Source: Chitinophagaceae bacterium (GTDB lineage Bacteria > Bacteroidota > Bacteroidia > Chitinophagales > Chitinophagaceae). From it: a stretch of DNA of 64,000 bases. The notes beneath the pieces were generated by a model. The model had not been told where the DNA came from, made no database searches, and saw only the letters and a program-made list of their open reading frames with translations. This document shows, one piece after another, positions 40,375-48,985 of this stretch. The translations under genes and the position numbers were made by a program. Positions within the stretch are counted from its first letter, which is position 1. Every line of letters begins with the position of its first letter. The stretch lies in assembly GCA_016720825.1 (NCBI GenBank), contig JADKJV010000001.1, forward strand, positions 140,930 to 204,929. The letters run 5' to 3'.

Positions 40375-41055
40375 TTACGGCTGGATATGAAGCAGGCTGC
40401 AAACTTGTGCGTAAGGCATAGCTTTCAGCTGGCTTTCAGTATACACCTGACCTGCGACCTGGGCAGTTTTTTCGCCATTCGCAGAACGGCCGGAAACACC
40501 ACCGGGGATCAGGATATAACGGAACTGACCACCTGAGTTTACATTGGTGAATGTAATAGGAGCGCTTGTGTTATTCAGGATGTAGAAAATATAAACCACT
40601 TTACCTAATGCAGCGCGTACATCAACTGTTTCGATGTTGTTGGGAACTGCTGTAGGAAGAGGAATATTATACGCCAATTGAACAGGGTTGTTGCTTGTAA
40701 CTCCACCCCTGAAATAGGCAAGGATAACACCCTGATCCAGGATAGACTGTGTGAGGCTGGCTGTGTTTACGATAAATCTTTTTGCATTACCACCATTCAG
40801 AGAGAGCATTGCTGTATCTGCACCCCAGTTTCCGGGTTCAGTTTGCCATGCACCATAAATTACATTGGCAGTACCTGTAGGACCTGCGGGACCAATCGGA
40901 CCCTGGGGACCAGTAGGACCAGTTCCGCCGGGATTACCAGCAGGACCTTGTGCGCCAGTTGCTCCAACAGGACCTTCAGGGCCTTCTTTTGTGCAACTAA
41001 CAGCTATTATAGCAACAGCTAAACTCAATACTGAAAGTAAACGAAATTGTCTCAT
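40375..41055 (-). CDS. Collagen triple-helix-repeat lipoprotein
   Basis: 226 aa with a lipoprotein signal (...IIAVSC TKEG). An uninterrupted run of 12 Gly-X-Y triplets (GPEGPVGATGAQGPAGNPGGTGPTGPQGPIGPAGPT, ending in a further Gly) is followed by a ~160-aa globular C-terminal domain. Confidence 0.8.
   Translation of the reverse strand: MRQFRLLSVLSLAVAIIAVSCTKEGPEGPVGATGAQGPAGNPGGTGPTGPQGPIGPAGPTGTANVIYGAWQTEPGNWGADTAMLSLNGGNAKRFIVNTASLTQSILDQGVILAYFRGGVTSNNPVQLAYNIPLPTAVPNNIETVDVRAALGKVVYIFYILNNTSAPITFTNVNSGGQFRYILIPGGVSGRSANGEKTAQVAGQVYTESQLKAMPYAQVCSLLHIQP
40870..40983 (-). repeat. Coding Gly-X-Y (collagen-like) triplet repeat
   Basis: Read from the translation of 40375..41055, residues ~25-62. 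Confidence 0.85.
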
Positions 41056-41231
41056 AGCATTAATGATTTGGTATTAGATAGATTCTGGGAACAAATTACA
41101 GAGAAAATATACCGCAAAAAAATTTTTTTTAACAGGGTATAAAAAACTCATTTTTTGTGTTTTGGAGCATAAAAATCACTGCTTATGGAAGGGCTTAAAA
41201 CCTATATTTGTCTTTGTCTAAAATCAATCAA

Positions 41232-41984
41232 ATGACCCGTCTCAAACCCATACTGATAGCTGCTTTAGCGATGCTTACCATTCCCGTCTCAGCCCAGATA
41301 AAGAAAGGCACGCGGATGGTGGGTGTTACAGCCGGAACTGTAGTGTATAATTCAGGATCCAGTGACGTTAGTTTTGGCAGTTCTACTGCCGGTTATTCAA
41401 CCAAAGTCAGTTCCTGGGGAGTAAACATCGTCCCAAGTATCGGGTATTTTATCAATGAAAGGATGGCTATTGGTTTTAACCTGAATATTAACCCTTCCGG
41501 GAGCAAGACCAGTTTTCAATCAGGTAATACAACTTTCCAGCAGGACAAGGTCAATGGTTTGATTATGGGTGCAGGCGGGTTTATCAGGAATTATTTTAAA
41601 TCCGGCGGCACCTGGCTGCCTTTTGGCCAGTTTGGCCTGAATACCGGCACAACAACACAGAAAACAAGCGGCTTTTTTCTACGGAGGCAGCGGCCCGGGG
41701 CTTATAAAGAAACGTACACGGGCAAATCAAGCAGCGGTTTCTTTGCCAATGCATCGTTTACACTGGGACTTACCAGGTTACTGTCAGCCCATACCGGGTT
41801 TGACGTTTCAGCCGGATATATGTATTCTTATAACAAGTATACTTATAAAACAACCCGCTTAAGGGATGATGCGGTTGACGGAACCATTGACCAGACTGCA
41901 GTAAGCACTCCCAGCACCAACTATACTAATCATGGGTTAACGCTGAATATAGGTTTCCAGATTTTCCTTGATCCCCATAAATAA
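41232..41984 (+). CDS. Outer-membrane beta-barrel protein (hypothetical)
   Basis: ORF 41208..41984, with the start at ATG 41232 (MTRLKPILIAALAMLTIPVSAQ). Alternating Gly/Ser/Thr/aromatic beta-strand pattern with a terminal ...NIGFQIFL. Confidence 0.55.
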   Translation: MTRLKPILIAALAMLTIPVSAQIKKGTRMVGVTAGTVVYNSGSSDVSFGSSTAGYSTKVSSWGVNIVPSIGYFINERMAIGFNLNINPSGSKTSFQSGNTTFQQDKVNGLIMGAGGFIRNYFKSGGTWLPFGQFGLNTGTTTQKTSGFFLRRQRPGAYKETYTGKSSSGFFANASFTLGLTRLLSAHTGFDVSAGYMYSYNKYTYKTTRLRDDAVDGTIDQTAVSTPSTNYTNHGLTLNIGFQIFLDPHK

Positions 41985-42000
41985 TCAGATATAACGCATA

Positions 42001-42035
42001 AAAAAAACCTGTAACAGTTGTTACAGGTTTTTTTA
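42001..42035. terminator. Bidirectional rho-independent terminator
   Basis: cctgtaac-agtt-gttacagg flanked by an A run upstream and a T run downstream, between convergent genes. Confidence 0.8.
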
Positions 42036-42054
42036 TGGAGATGATGTTCTTGTT

Positions 42055-42855
42055 TTATTTGTTCATCATTTGCTTGGCCTCAATACTGAGGGTAGCATGG
42101 GGTACTGCACGCAGGCGGGCTTTATCAATAAGCTTACCTGTTACGCGGCAAATACCATAGGTTTTGTTCTCAATACGCATCATGGCTTTTTCCAGGTGAT
42201 CAATGAAAGTGATCTGGCGGCTGGCCATCTGGCTCAGCTGTTCCCTTTCCATACTCACACTGCCATCTTCCATGGTCATGTAGCGTGCTTCGTCCATATC
42301 ACCGCCCTCATCTTTGCGGGTAATAAGCCCTTGCAGGTAGTTGAGTTCTTTTTTGGCGGCATCTAATTTCTTCTGGATAATTTCCCTGAATTCAGTCAGG
42401 TCGGTATCTGAATAACGCATAGTCGGTCCGGAATGAAGGTTTGCGGAAGCATCCAGCACTGATTTGGTAAACTCGGGTTCATACTTCACCGAGCTCTTGG
42501 TAGTGGTTTTCGGAATAACCACTTTCAGCGGCTTAGGAGGTTCCTTTTTAATAATAGGTTTTACTTTGGGTTTGATAGACACCAGGGACTTAGGATCAAC
42601 TGTTCCAGGTTTCCTGGCTACGACGGGCTTGGGGGCCGGTGCTTCCTGCTTGGGAGCCGGTTTTACAACGGGCTTTGCGGCTGGTTTCGCGACGGGCTTT
42701 TTAGCCACGGGTACGGGTTTGGCCACTTTTTTAGGGGCCGGTTTTACGGGAGCTTTTTTCACCACTTTTTTTACAGCAGGTTTTTTAGCGGCAGGTTTAG
42801 CTGCTTTTTTTGGTGCCGCTTTCTTCTTGGGGGTCGGTTTCTTTTTCGTTGCCAT
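42055..42855 (-). CDS. DksA/TraR-family protein with long Lys/Ala/Pro-rich (histone-H1-like) N-terminal extension
   Basis: 266 aa. The N-terminal ~85 aa are KKPAAKPV-type low complexity. The C-terminal ~120 aa have a DksA-like coiled coil plus YGICRVTGKLIDKARLRAVPHATLSIEAK, where only one Cys remains in the finger region. Confidence 0.8.
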   Translation of the reverse strand: MATKKKPTPKKKAAPKKAAKPAAKKPAVKKVVKKAPVKPAPKKVAKPVPVAKKPVAKPAAKPVVKPAPKQEAPAPKPVVARKPGTVDPKSLVSIKPKVKPIIKKEPPKPLKVVIPKTTTKSSVKYEPEFTKSVLDASANLHSGPTMRYSDTDLTEFREIIQKKLDAAKKELNYLQGLITRKDEGGDMDEARYMTMEDGSVSMEREQLSQMASRQITFIDHLEKAMMRIENKTYGICRVTGKLIDKARLRAVPHATLSIEAKQMMNK

Positions 42856-42858
42856 GAG

Positions 42859-45800
42859 TTACCCTTTTTTTAATACATTGATTTTTAACGGAATATCGTT
42901 CACTTCAATGTCGGTACCCGTTTCACTGGCAGGCACCCACTCAATCGTTTCCGCAAGAATTTCGGCGCAAATATAGTCTTTAAACTGTGCCAAAGATTCT
43001 TTTAATATATCCGGCGCATGGAGCTTCAGGTCTATCCGGTCACTGATGCCAAATCCATTATCCTTGCGGATTTTCTGGATCCTGTTTACCAGTTCACGGG
43101 CATTCCCTTCTGCCTCCAGATCCGGGGTTACGGTAATATCGAGGGCTACGGTTAATACGCCTTTGGCGGCTACAGTCCAGCCGGGAATGTCCTCACTGCT
43201 GATCTCCGTTTCAGCTGTTTCAATCCGCACAATTTCGCCGGCAACATCCAGGTCATAATATCCCTGTTTTTCAAGACTGGCTATATCCTCCTGGGTAAAA
43301 TTGGCCAGCAGGGCTGAAACCGCTTTCATTTTCGCACCCAGTTTTTTACCCAGGGCTACAAAGTTCGGTTTGATTTTTTTACTGATAAAACTGTTTCCCG
43401 CGTCAAGGTATTCGATGCCTTTTACGTTTACTTCCGCTTTAATCAGGTCTTCCACTTTCTGTAACTGCTCCTGCATGGCGGGGTTCAGTACCGGGATCAG
43501 CACTTTCTGTAATGGCTGGCGTACTTTAATATTCACTTTCTTCCTGAGTGATAATACCAGGGATGAAGTATCCTGTGCCAGCTGCATCCTTTCTTCCAGC
43601 AAAGGATCAATCACAGATTCATCCGCTGACGGGAAATCAATATGGTGAATCGATTCAGCATTGAAACGACCGGTTGCTGCATTCAAGTTCCGGAATACCA
43701 TATCACTGAAGAAAGGTGATACCGGTGCCACGAGCCTGCATACGGTTTCGAGACATTCATATAAAGTCTGGTAAGCACAGATTTTATCCTGCTCATACTC
43801 CCCTTTCCAGAACCGGCGGCGGCATAAACGCACATACCAGTTGCTGAGGTGTTCATCTACAAAATCCTCAATGGCACGGCCGGCCTGCGTGGGTTCATAA
43901 TCATCCATATGAACCGTTACTTTTTTCACCAGCGACTGCAGGCTTGATAAAATCCAGCGGTCAATCTCCGGTCTTTCAGCAACAGGGATATATTTTTCCT
44001 TAAAAGTAAAACCGTCCACATTGGCATACAGCGCGAAGAACTGGTAGGTATTATATAAAGTACCAAAGAACTTACGCTGTACTTCGCGGATGCCTTCAAT
44101 ATCAAACTTCATGTTCTCCCAGGGAGACGCATTGGTAACGAGATACCAGCGGGTGGCATCGGCGCCGTAATTTTCGATAGTGGTGAATGGATCCACCACA
44201 TTACCGAGACGCTTGCTCATTTTGTTTCCGTTCTTGTCAAGCACCAGTCCGTTTGACACACAGGTTTTGTAGGCCACACTGTCGAACAGCATCACCGCCA
44301 GTGCATGTAATGTATAGAACCAGCCACGGGTCTGGTCTACCCCTTCTGCGATATAATCTGCGGGGAAGCTTTTCTCAAAAATCTCTTTATTCTCGAAGGG
44401 GAAATGCCATTGGGCATAAGGCATCGCGCCGCTGTCGAACCAAACGTCAATCAGGTCGGGCACACGGTGCATGGGTTTACCGGACGGGCTGACCAGCACG
44501 ATTTCATCCACAAAAGGTTTATGAAGATCAAGGATACCTTCATGCAGGTGGTTCTTATTTACATCACCGCCCAACACGTCGCTGGCTTTGCGGATACCTT
44601 CATTCAGTTCGGCAACAGATCCGATACATATTTCTTCTGCACCGTCTTCTGTTCTCCAGATCGGCAGTGGCGTTCCCCAGTAACGGCTGCGGCTGAGATT
44701 CCAGTCAACCATATTCTCCAGCCAGTTGCCAAATCGTCCTTCGCCGGTAGATTTGGGTTTCCAGTTGATGGTTTTATTCAGTTCCACCATCCGATCACGT
44801 ACCGCGGTTGTTTTAATAAACCAGGCATCCAGCGGATAATAGAGGATAGGTTTATCAGTACGCCAGCAATGCGGATAGTTGTGTTCGTATTTTTCAACTT
44901 TGAAGGCGCGGTTTTCTTTTTTCAGTTTTACCGCGATGTCCACGTTCACATCTTCATAATCCTTCTGGTCTTTATAATTCTTTACATAGCGGCCGCTGAA
45001 TTCACCAAGACCGTCAACAAATTTTCCCTGGCGGTCAACCATGGTCAGGATACCGATGCTGTATTTCTTCCCGACTTTATAGTCATCTGCTCCAAATGCA
45101 GGTGCGGTGTGAACAATACCCGTACCGTCTTCAGTTGTAACAAACGTATCAACCAGTACACGGAACGGATCACCACCGGCATTGGCTGCGCTGTTGGCTT
45201 CGTATGGCAGTAATTGTTCGTAGCGGCATTCTTCAATCTGTGAACCCCTGAACTCAGTAAGTATTTTCCAGGGCAATAATTTTATTTTCTCATTGTATCC
45301 TTCAAAATCACCGTCTTTGCCTTCTTCTTTGAAATATTTGCCAAGCAGGGCTTTTGCCAGTATGACATTGACCGGTAAATGCGTATAAGGGTTGAATGTT
45401 TTTACAAGTACATAATCAATGTTCGCACCAACGGTTAATCCAAGGTTGGATGGAAGTGTCCAGGGTGTGGTGGTCCATGCCAGGAAGAAAACCTGGTCAT
45501 CACCGGCAGCATCAAACAGGAATTTTGATTTCGCATTATCCACGGCTTTGAACATAGCCACAGCAGAGGTGTCTTTTACATCTTTATACGTACCGGGCTG
45601 GTTCAGTTCATGTGAACTCAATCCGGTTCCGGCAGCAGGTGAATAAGGCTGGATGCTTACGCTTTCGTAGAGCAATCCTTTTTTATAGAGTTCAGATAAA
45701 ATCCACCAGAGTGTTTCAATGTATTCGTTGCGGAAGGTGATGTAAGGATCTTTCAGGTCAACCCAGTAACCCATTTTACGGGTAATGTCATCCCATTTAT

Positions 45801-46191
45801 CCTTGTAACGCAGAACCGCCTCGCGGCATTTTTTGTTATACTCTTCAACGGTGATTTTCTTGCCGATGTCTTCTTTGGTGATGCCCAGTTCTTTTTCCAC
45901 GCCGAGTTCAATGGGTAAACCATGGGTATCCCATCCGCCTTTGCGTTTTACCTGGAATCCTTTCATGGTTTTGTAACGGCAAACCAGGTCTTTCAAAGTC
46001 CTGGAAATTACGTGGTGGATACCGGGCATACCGTTGGCACTGGGAGGCCCTTCGTAAAAAACGAACGGAGTGGCTCCTTCGCGGAGCGAGATGCTTTTTT
46101 CGAAAGCCTGCTGACTGGCCCAGTTTTCGAGCATTTCCTGCTCAAAAGCCGGGAGATTAAGTCCTTTAAATTCTCTGTAAGTAGCGCCCAT
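42859..46191 (-). CDS. ileS: Isoleucine--tRNA ligase (long, type 2 form)
   Basis: 1110 aa. Contains a HIGH-like motif (PSANGMPGIHH), KMSKRLGN and an editing-domain segment. Confidence 0.95.
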   Translation of the reverse strand: MGATYREFKGLNLPAFEQEMLENWASQQAFEKSISLREGATPFVFYEGPPSANGMPGIHHVISRTLKDLVCRYKTMKGFQVKRKGGWDTHGLPIELGVEKELGITKEDIGKKITVEEYNKKCREAVLRYKDKWDDITRKMGYWVDLKDPYITFRNEYIETLWWILSELYKKGLLYESVSIQPYSPAAGTGLSSHELNQPGTYKDVKDTSAVAMFKAVDNAKSKFLFDAAGDDQVFFLAWTTTPWTLPSNLGLTVGANIDYVLVKTFNPYTHLPVNVILAKALLGKYFKEEGKDGDFEGYNEKIKLLPWKILTEFRGSQIEECRYEQLLPYEANSAANAGGDPFRVLVDTFVTTEDGTGIVHTAPAFGADDYKVGKKYSIGILTMVDRQGKFVDGLGEFSGRYVKNYKDQKDYEDVNVDIAVKLKKENRAFKVEKYEHNYPHCWRTDKPILYYPLDAWFIKTTAVRDRMVELNKTINWKPKSTGEGRFGNWLENMVDWNLSRSRYWGTPLPIWRTEDGAEEICIGSVAELNEGIRKASDVLGGDVNKNHLHEGILDLHKPFVDEIVLVSPSGKPMHRVPDLIDVWFDSGAMPYAQWHFPFENKEIFEKSFPADYIAEGVDQTRGWFYTLHALAVMLFDSVAYKTCVSNGLVLDKNGNKMSKRLGNVVDPFTTIENYGADATRWYLVTNASPWENMKFDIEGIREVQRKFFGTLYNTYQFFALYANVDGFTFKEKYIPVAERPEIDRWILSSLQSLVKKVTVHMDDYEPTQAGRAIEDFVDEHLSNWYVRLCRRRFWKGEYEQDKICAYQTLYECLETVCRLVAPVSPFFSDMVFRNLNAATGRFNAESIHHIDFPSADESVIDPLLEERMQLAQDTSSLVLSLRKKVNIKVRQPLQKVLIPVLNPAMQEQLQKVEDLIKAEVNVKGIEYLDAGNSFISKKIKPNFVALGKKLGAKMKAVSALLANFTQEDIASLEKQGYYDLDVAGEIVRIETAETEISSEDIPGWTVAAKGVLTVALDITVTPDLEAEGNARELVNRIQKIRKDNGFGISDRIDLKLHAPDILKESLAQFKDYICAEILAETIEWVPASETGTDIEVNDIPLKINVLKKG

Positions 46192-46280
46192 ATCCTTGAT
46201 AAAAAGTCTGCAAAGTTAAGGAATAAAGACGGCACTTCCGGGTGCCTTCGGTAACCGTTTAGAGAGGGAATACAGGCAGA

Positions 46281-48086
46281 TTACCGGGGGATAACCATAA
46301 TTACAGAAGAAAATGTGACATATGGATCATTGAATGAATTCATCCCTGTAAACGTGATGTTGTGGATACCAGGTTCCACGTCTATCATTTCAGGTCCCAG
46401 TGTCACGTCAGATCCGGGTGAAGAATTTTCAACACCATATCTTACCCCATCAATCCCGTAAACTTTCCGGGAAACACCGTCCACAAAAAGCTCCAGCCGC
46501 CATTTTGAAGCACAGGCGCCTGCCAGGCAGACTTTCCAGGTATTCGCGCGGGAATAGATTAATAGCCGGGACGGAACTGAGATTGTAATAGTCTGGTTGG
46601 CGTTTGATAAGTCAACCACACTATTCCCGGTGAGTTGGTATAAAGAAACGGTTCCGGATTGAAAGGTCTGCATGATATTCGCGGCTGATGTCCAGGCCGG
46701 TGGGGATGTTGGTCCATTGCTCATCAACAACTGTTTGCTGTTTCCGGCGCTTCCATTCAGGGATAAAGCGCCGTTGTTTACATTCATCGTAAGGTCCCAG
46801 CCGGCACCACCTGTTCCGTAGAAACCTACCTGGTCGTTATTCTGTAAGCCGATAAAGGCAGGTGTGCCTGTATTGGTACTATTATTCAGCCAGATGCCTG
46901 GCTCTTCACCAGTAACATGACGGATCCTCATCCGTCCATTGACATCAAGTATATATGCCGGATTATTTGCACCAATACCCACACGGCTGTTGATGGCATC
47001 ATAGGTAAATCCCCAGCCCCGGGGGCCACCATAAAACCCGACGTTTTGGCTGGTTTCAGTTCCGATAAAACTTAATGGCGCAGAATTATCCGGCTTATAA
47101 AGCCAGATGCCCGGTGTTTGGGAAACATCCAGCGGGCTAGTACCGTTTTTAAGTGACAGCCTGCCTTTTAATATCATACCATCTGTACCAGAATTCTGTA
47201 TCCGCATTCTTTCAGTAAATGCCGTACTTGATCCGTATCCAAAAGCAATATTCGCTGCAGCAGCATCTGTATAAACCTGCAGTAAGGCACTCTGGATACC
47301 AAATCCATAATGGGCCGGACCGGATCCATACAATGAAATTTTATCGCCGGTCAGGTCAGCAAAACTGAGCAATGACCCGGGATTATTGGTTCCGATACCT
47401 ACGTTTCCATTCCGGAGTACTGTCACGGCATTTTTCCTTACTTCATCATCAATATTCAAATCGTAATACCCGTTACCGATCTGGAAAATCCTGTCGGATT
47501 GAGCCGCAGTTAGCGGATCGGGTGCATCATCCACGTTGTTGTACATACCTACTACGAGGCCGCCGTTGGCCTTTGAAACGATATTGGTTCCGAGGGTAAT
47601 GGCATTATCACCGCTGGCGAAACTCTGGTTACCAAGCGCCATTGAACTGTTTCCGGTTGCAAAGACAACGGAACCATATGCATGCGAAAAATCTTTAGTA
47701 GCCTGTGCGTTAATTCCTATTGCAGTACTCGCCATTCCTGATGCTATATTATTCAGACCAGTTGATGAAGAAAAATCGCCGGAAGCAGTAACACCATATC
47801 CGCTGGCAAAACTGTATTTACCCAATGACGTTAAGTCCCATTCTGTTCCGGAAGCATAACCGGCACGGAAAGCCGCCTTATCGGCAAACCACATCATGCG
47901 GCGCCCTGTTCCGGTAACAGGTGTGTTACCAGGCGCTGCTAATGCAAGTCCGTTAGCTGAAAAAACCACACTGCTGTCTGAAACATGTAATCTTGCCTTA
48001 GGACTCTCTGTTCCAATACCAACATTCTGGGAAAATCCGGTTATGGCAGTAAACAGGACTGAAACAAGAAGATATGCTCTTTTCAT
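46281..48086 (-). CDS. Secreted tail-fibre / adhesin-head-like repeat protein
   Basis: ORF 46281..48149, with the start at MKRAYLLVSVLF. The N-terminus SQNVGIGTESPKARLHV is paralogous to 4255..5520. Contains a YadA-head-like run (SFASGYGVTASGDFSSSTGLNNIASGMASTAIG...GNSSMALGNQSFASGDNAITLG) and further VGIGxNNP motifs. Confidence 0.7.
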   Translation of the reverse strand: MKRAYLLVSVLFTAITGFSQNVGIGTESPKARLHVSDSSVVFSANGLALAAPGNTPVTGTGRRMMWFADKAAFRAGYASGTEWDLTSLGKYSFASGYGVTASGDFSSSTGLNNIASGMASTAIGINAQATKDFSHAYGSVVFATGNSSMALGNQSFASGDNAITLGTNIVSKANGGLVVGMYNNVDDAPDPLTAAQSDRIFQIGNGYYDLNIDDEVRKNAVTVLRNGNVGIGTNNPGSLLSFADLTGDKISLYGSGPAHYGFGIQSALLQVYTDAAAANIAFGYGSSTAFTERMRIQNSGTDGMILKGRLSLKNGTSPLDVSQTPGIWLYKPDNSAPLSFIGTETSQNVGFYGGPRGWGFTYDAINSRVGIGANNPAYILDVNGRMRIRHVTGEEPGIWLNNSTNTGTPAFIGLQNNDQVGFYGTGGAGWDLTMNVNNGALSLNGSAGNSKQLLMSNGPTSPPAWTSAANIMQTFQSGTVSLYQLTGNSVVDLSNANQTITISVPSRLLIYSRANTWKVCLAGACASKWRLELFVDGVSRKVYGIDGVRYGVENSSPGSDVTLGPEMIDVEPGIHNITFTGMNSFNDPYVTFSSVIMVIPR

Positions 48087-48287
48087 TCTGATAAATTTGA
48101 GTTTCCGGCCAATATGCCCAAATGTATCAGATATTTCACCCAATATCACTAGTGCTTTTACATGATTTCGATAACTATTTAGAATACTGCCGGAACTGTT
48201 ATAGTTAGGCAGGAAAAAATGATTAGACTTAAGTCATAAAAAAAGAGGCCATCCGAAGACAGCCTCTTTCCCTTCACCATTAAATAA

Positions 48288-48959
48288 TCAGAAACTGGTT
48301 GTTCCGTTACCCTGGAAAGTGTAGCGGAATGTGTAATAGCGTTGTTCGCTGGTTTTTACTGCATCGCTGGCTGAAGCAGATGGTGTACTGCCTCCGCGAT
48401 AGTAGTTCAGGATTTCCACTTTGGCATATTTGCCGGAAGCAGTACGGATCACCAGCACGCGGCCGGGAACCGGGGTTAACAGGTTGGTGGCACCATCATA
48501 ATTGTACCAGCCTTTACCGCTTCCTTTGGGAATGGCATAACTCACAGGATGGTTATCTGTTTTAAAAACGGAGTCAACAGGTACGGATGAAAGTCCGTCG
48601 AAGGTTCCATTGAAAACAAAGGCACCGCCATTACCGGGACCGCTGGTTACGTTATTCACGCGGATGGTAGTTCCTGAAAACGCAATGTCCCAGTTAGCAG
48701 TGGCAGAATCCGCATTGTTCACCCAGCTGTTTGTGGAGAAATTAAAAAATGCATACTTACCGGCGCCATAGGGCTGGCCGCCGGCAGAAACACCAATAAT
48801 GGTATCTGCCGGGAGGTTTTTCACACTAACTATTTTTCCGGATACAGACACACTGAATGCATTGGGATCAGCGGGTGTGGGATTCGGGGTTGTGTCTTTT
48901 TTTGAACAGGCACTTACCATAACGCTGAGAACTACAAAGGGAGTGATGAACTTTTTCAT
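48288..48959 (-). CDS. HmuY-like lipoprotein
   Basis: 223 aa with a lipoprotein signal (...MVSAC SKKD). Contains WDIAF, GWYNYD and ...KYAKVEILNYY segments resembling the HmuY family. It lies directly downstream of a TonB-dependent receptor. Confidence 0.6.
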   Translation of the reverse strand: MKKFITPFVVLSVMVSACSKKDTTPNPTPADPNAFSVSVSGKIVSVKNLPADTIIGVSAGGQPYGAGKYAFFNFSTNSWVNNADSATANWDIAFSGTTIRVNNVTSGPGNGGAFVFNGTFDGLSSVPVDSVFKTDNHPVSYAIPKGSGKGWYNYDGATNLLTPVPGRVLVIRTASGKYAKVEILNYYRGGSTPSASASDAVKTSEQRYYTFRYTFQGNGTTSF

Positions 48960-48985
48960 ATTGATTTGTTTTGAATAAAAATTAA

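Noticed and set aside
41660-41720. A possible compensated double frameshift inside the beta-barrel gene 41232..41984. The segment 'GFFLRRQRPGAYKE' looks atypical and an alternative frame reads 'GFFYGGSGPG'
   Set aside because: The ORF is continuous as assembled, and I cannot verify the alternative without homologues. It is too speculative to call.
44404-45213. A 269-aa ORF antisense to ileS. Similar long antisense ORFs occur at 29170..29712 (opposite gldG), 42464..42976 (opposite the DksA-like gene) and 61417..62112 (opposite the P-type ATPase)
   Set aside because: All lie opposite strongly recognisable genes and have biased, motif-free translations. They are shadow ORFs.
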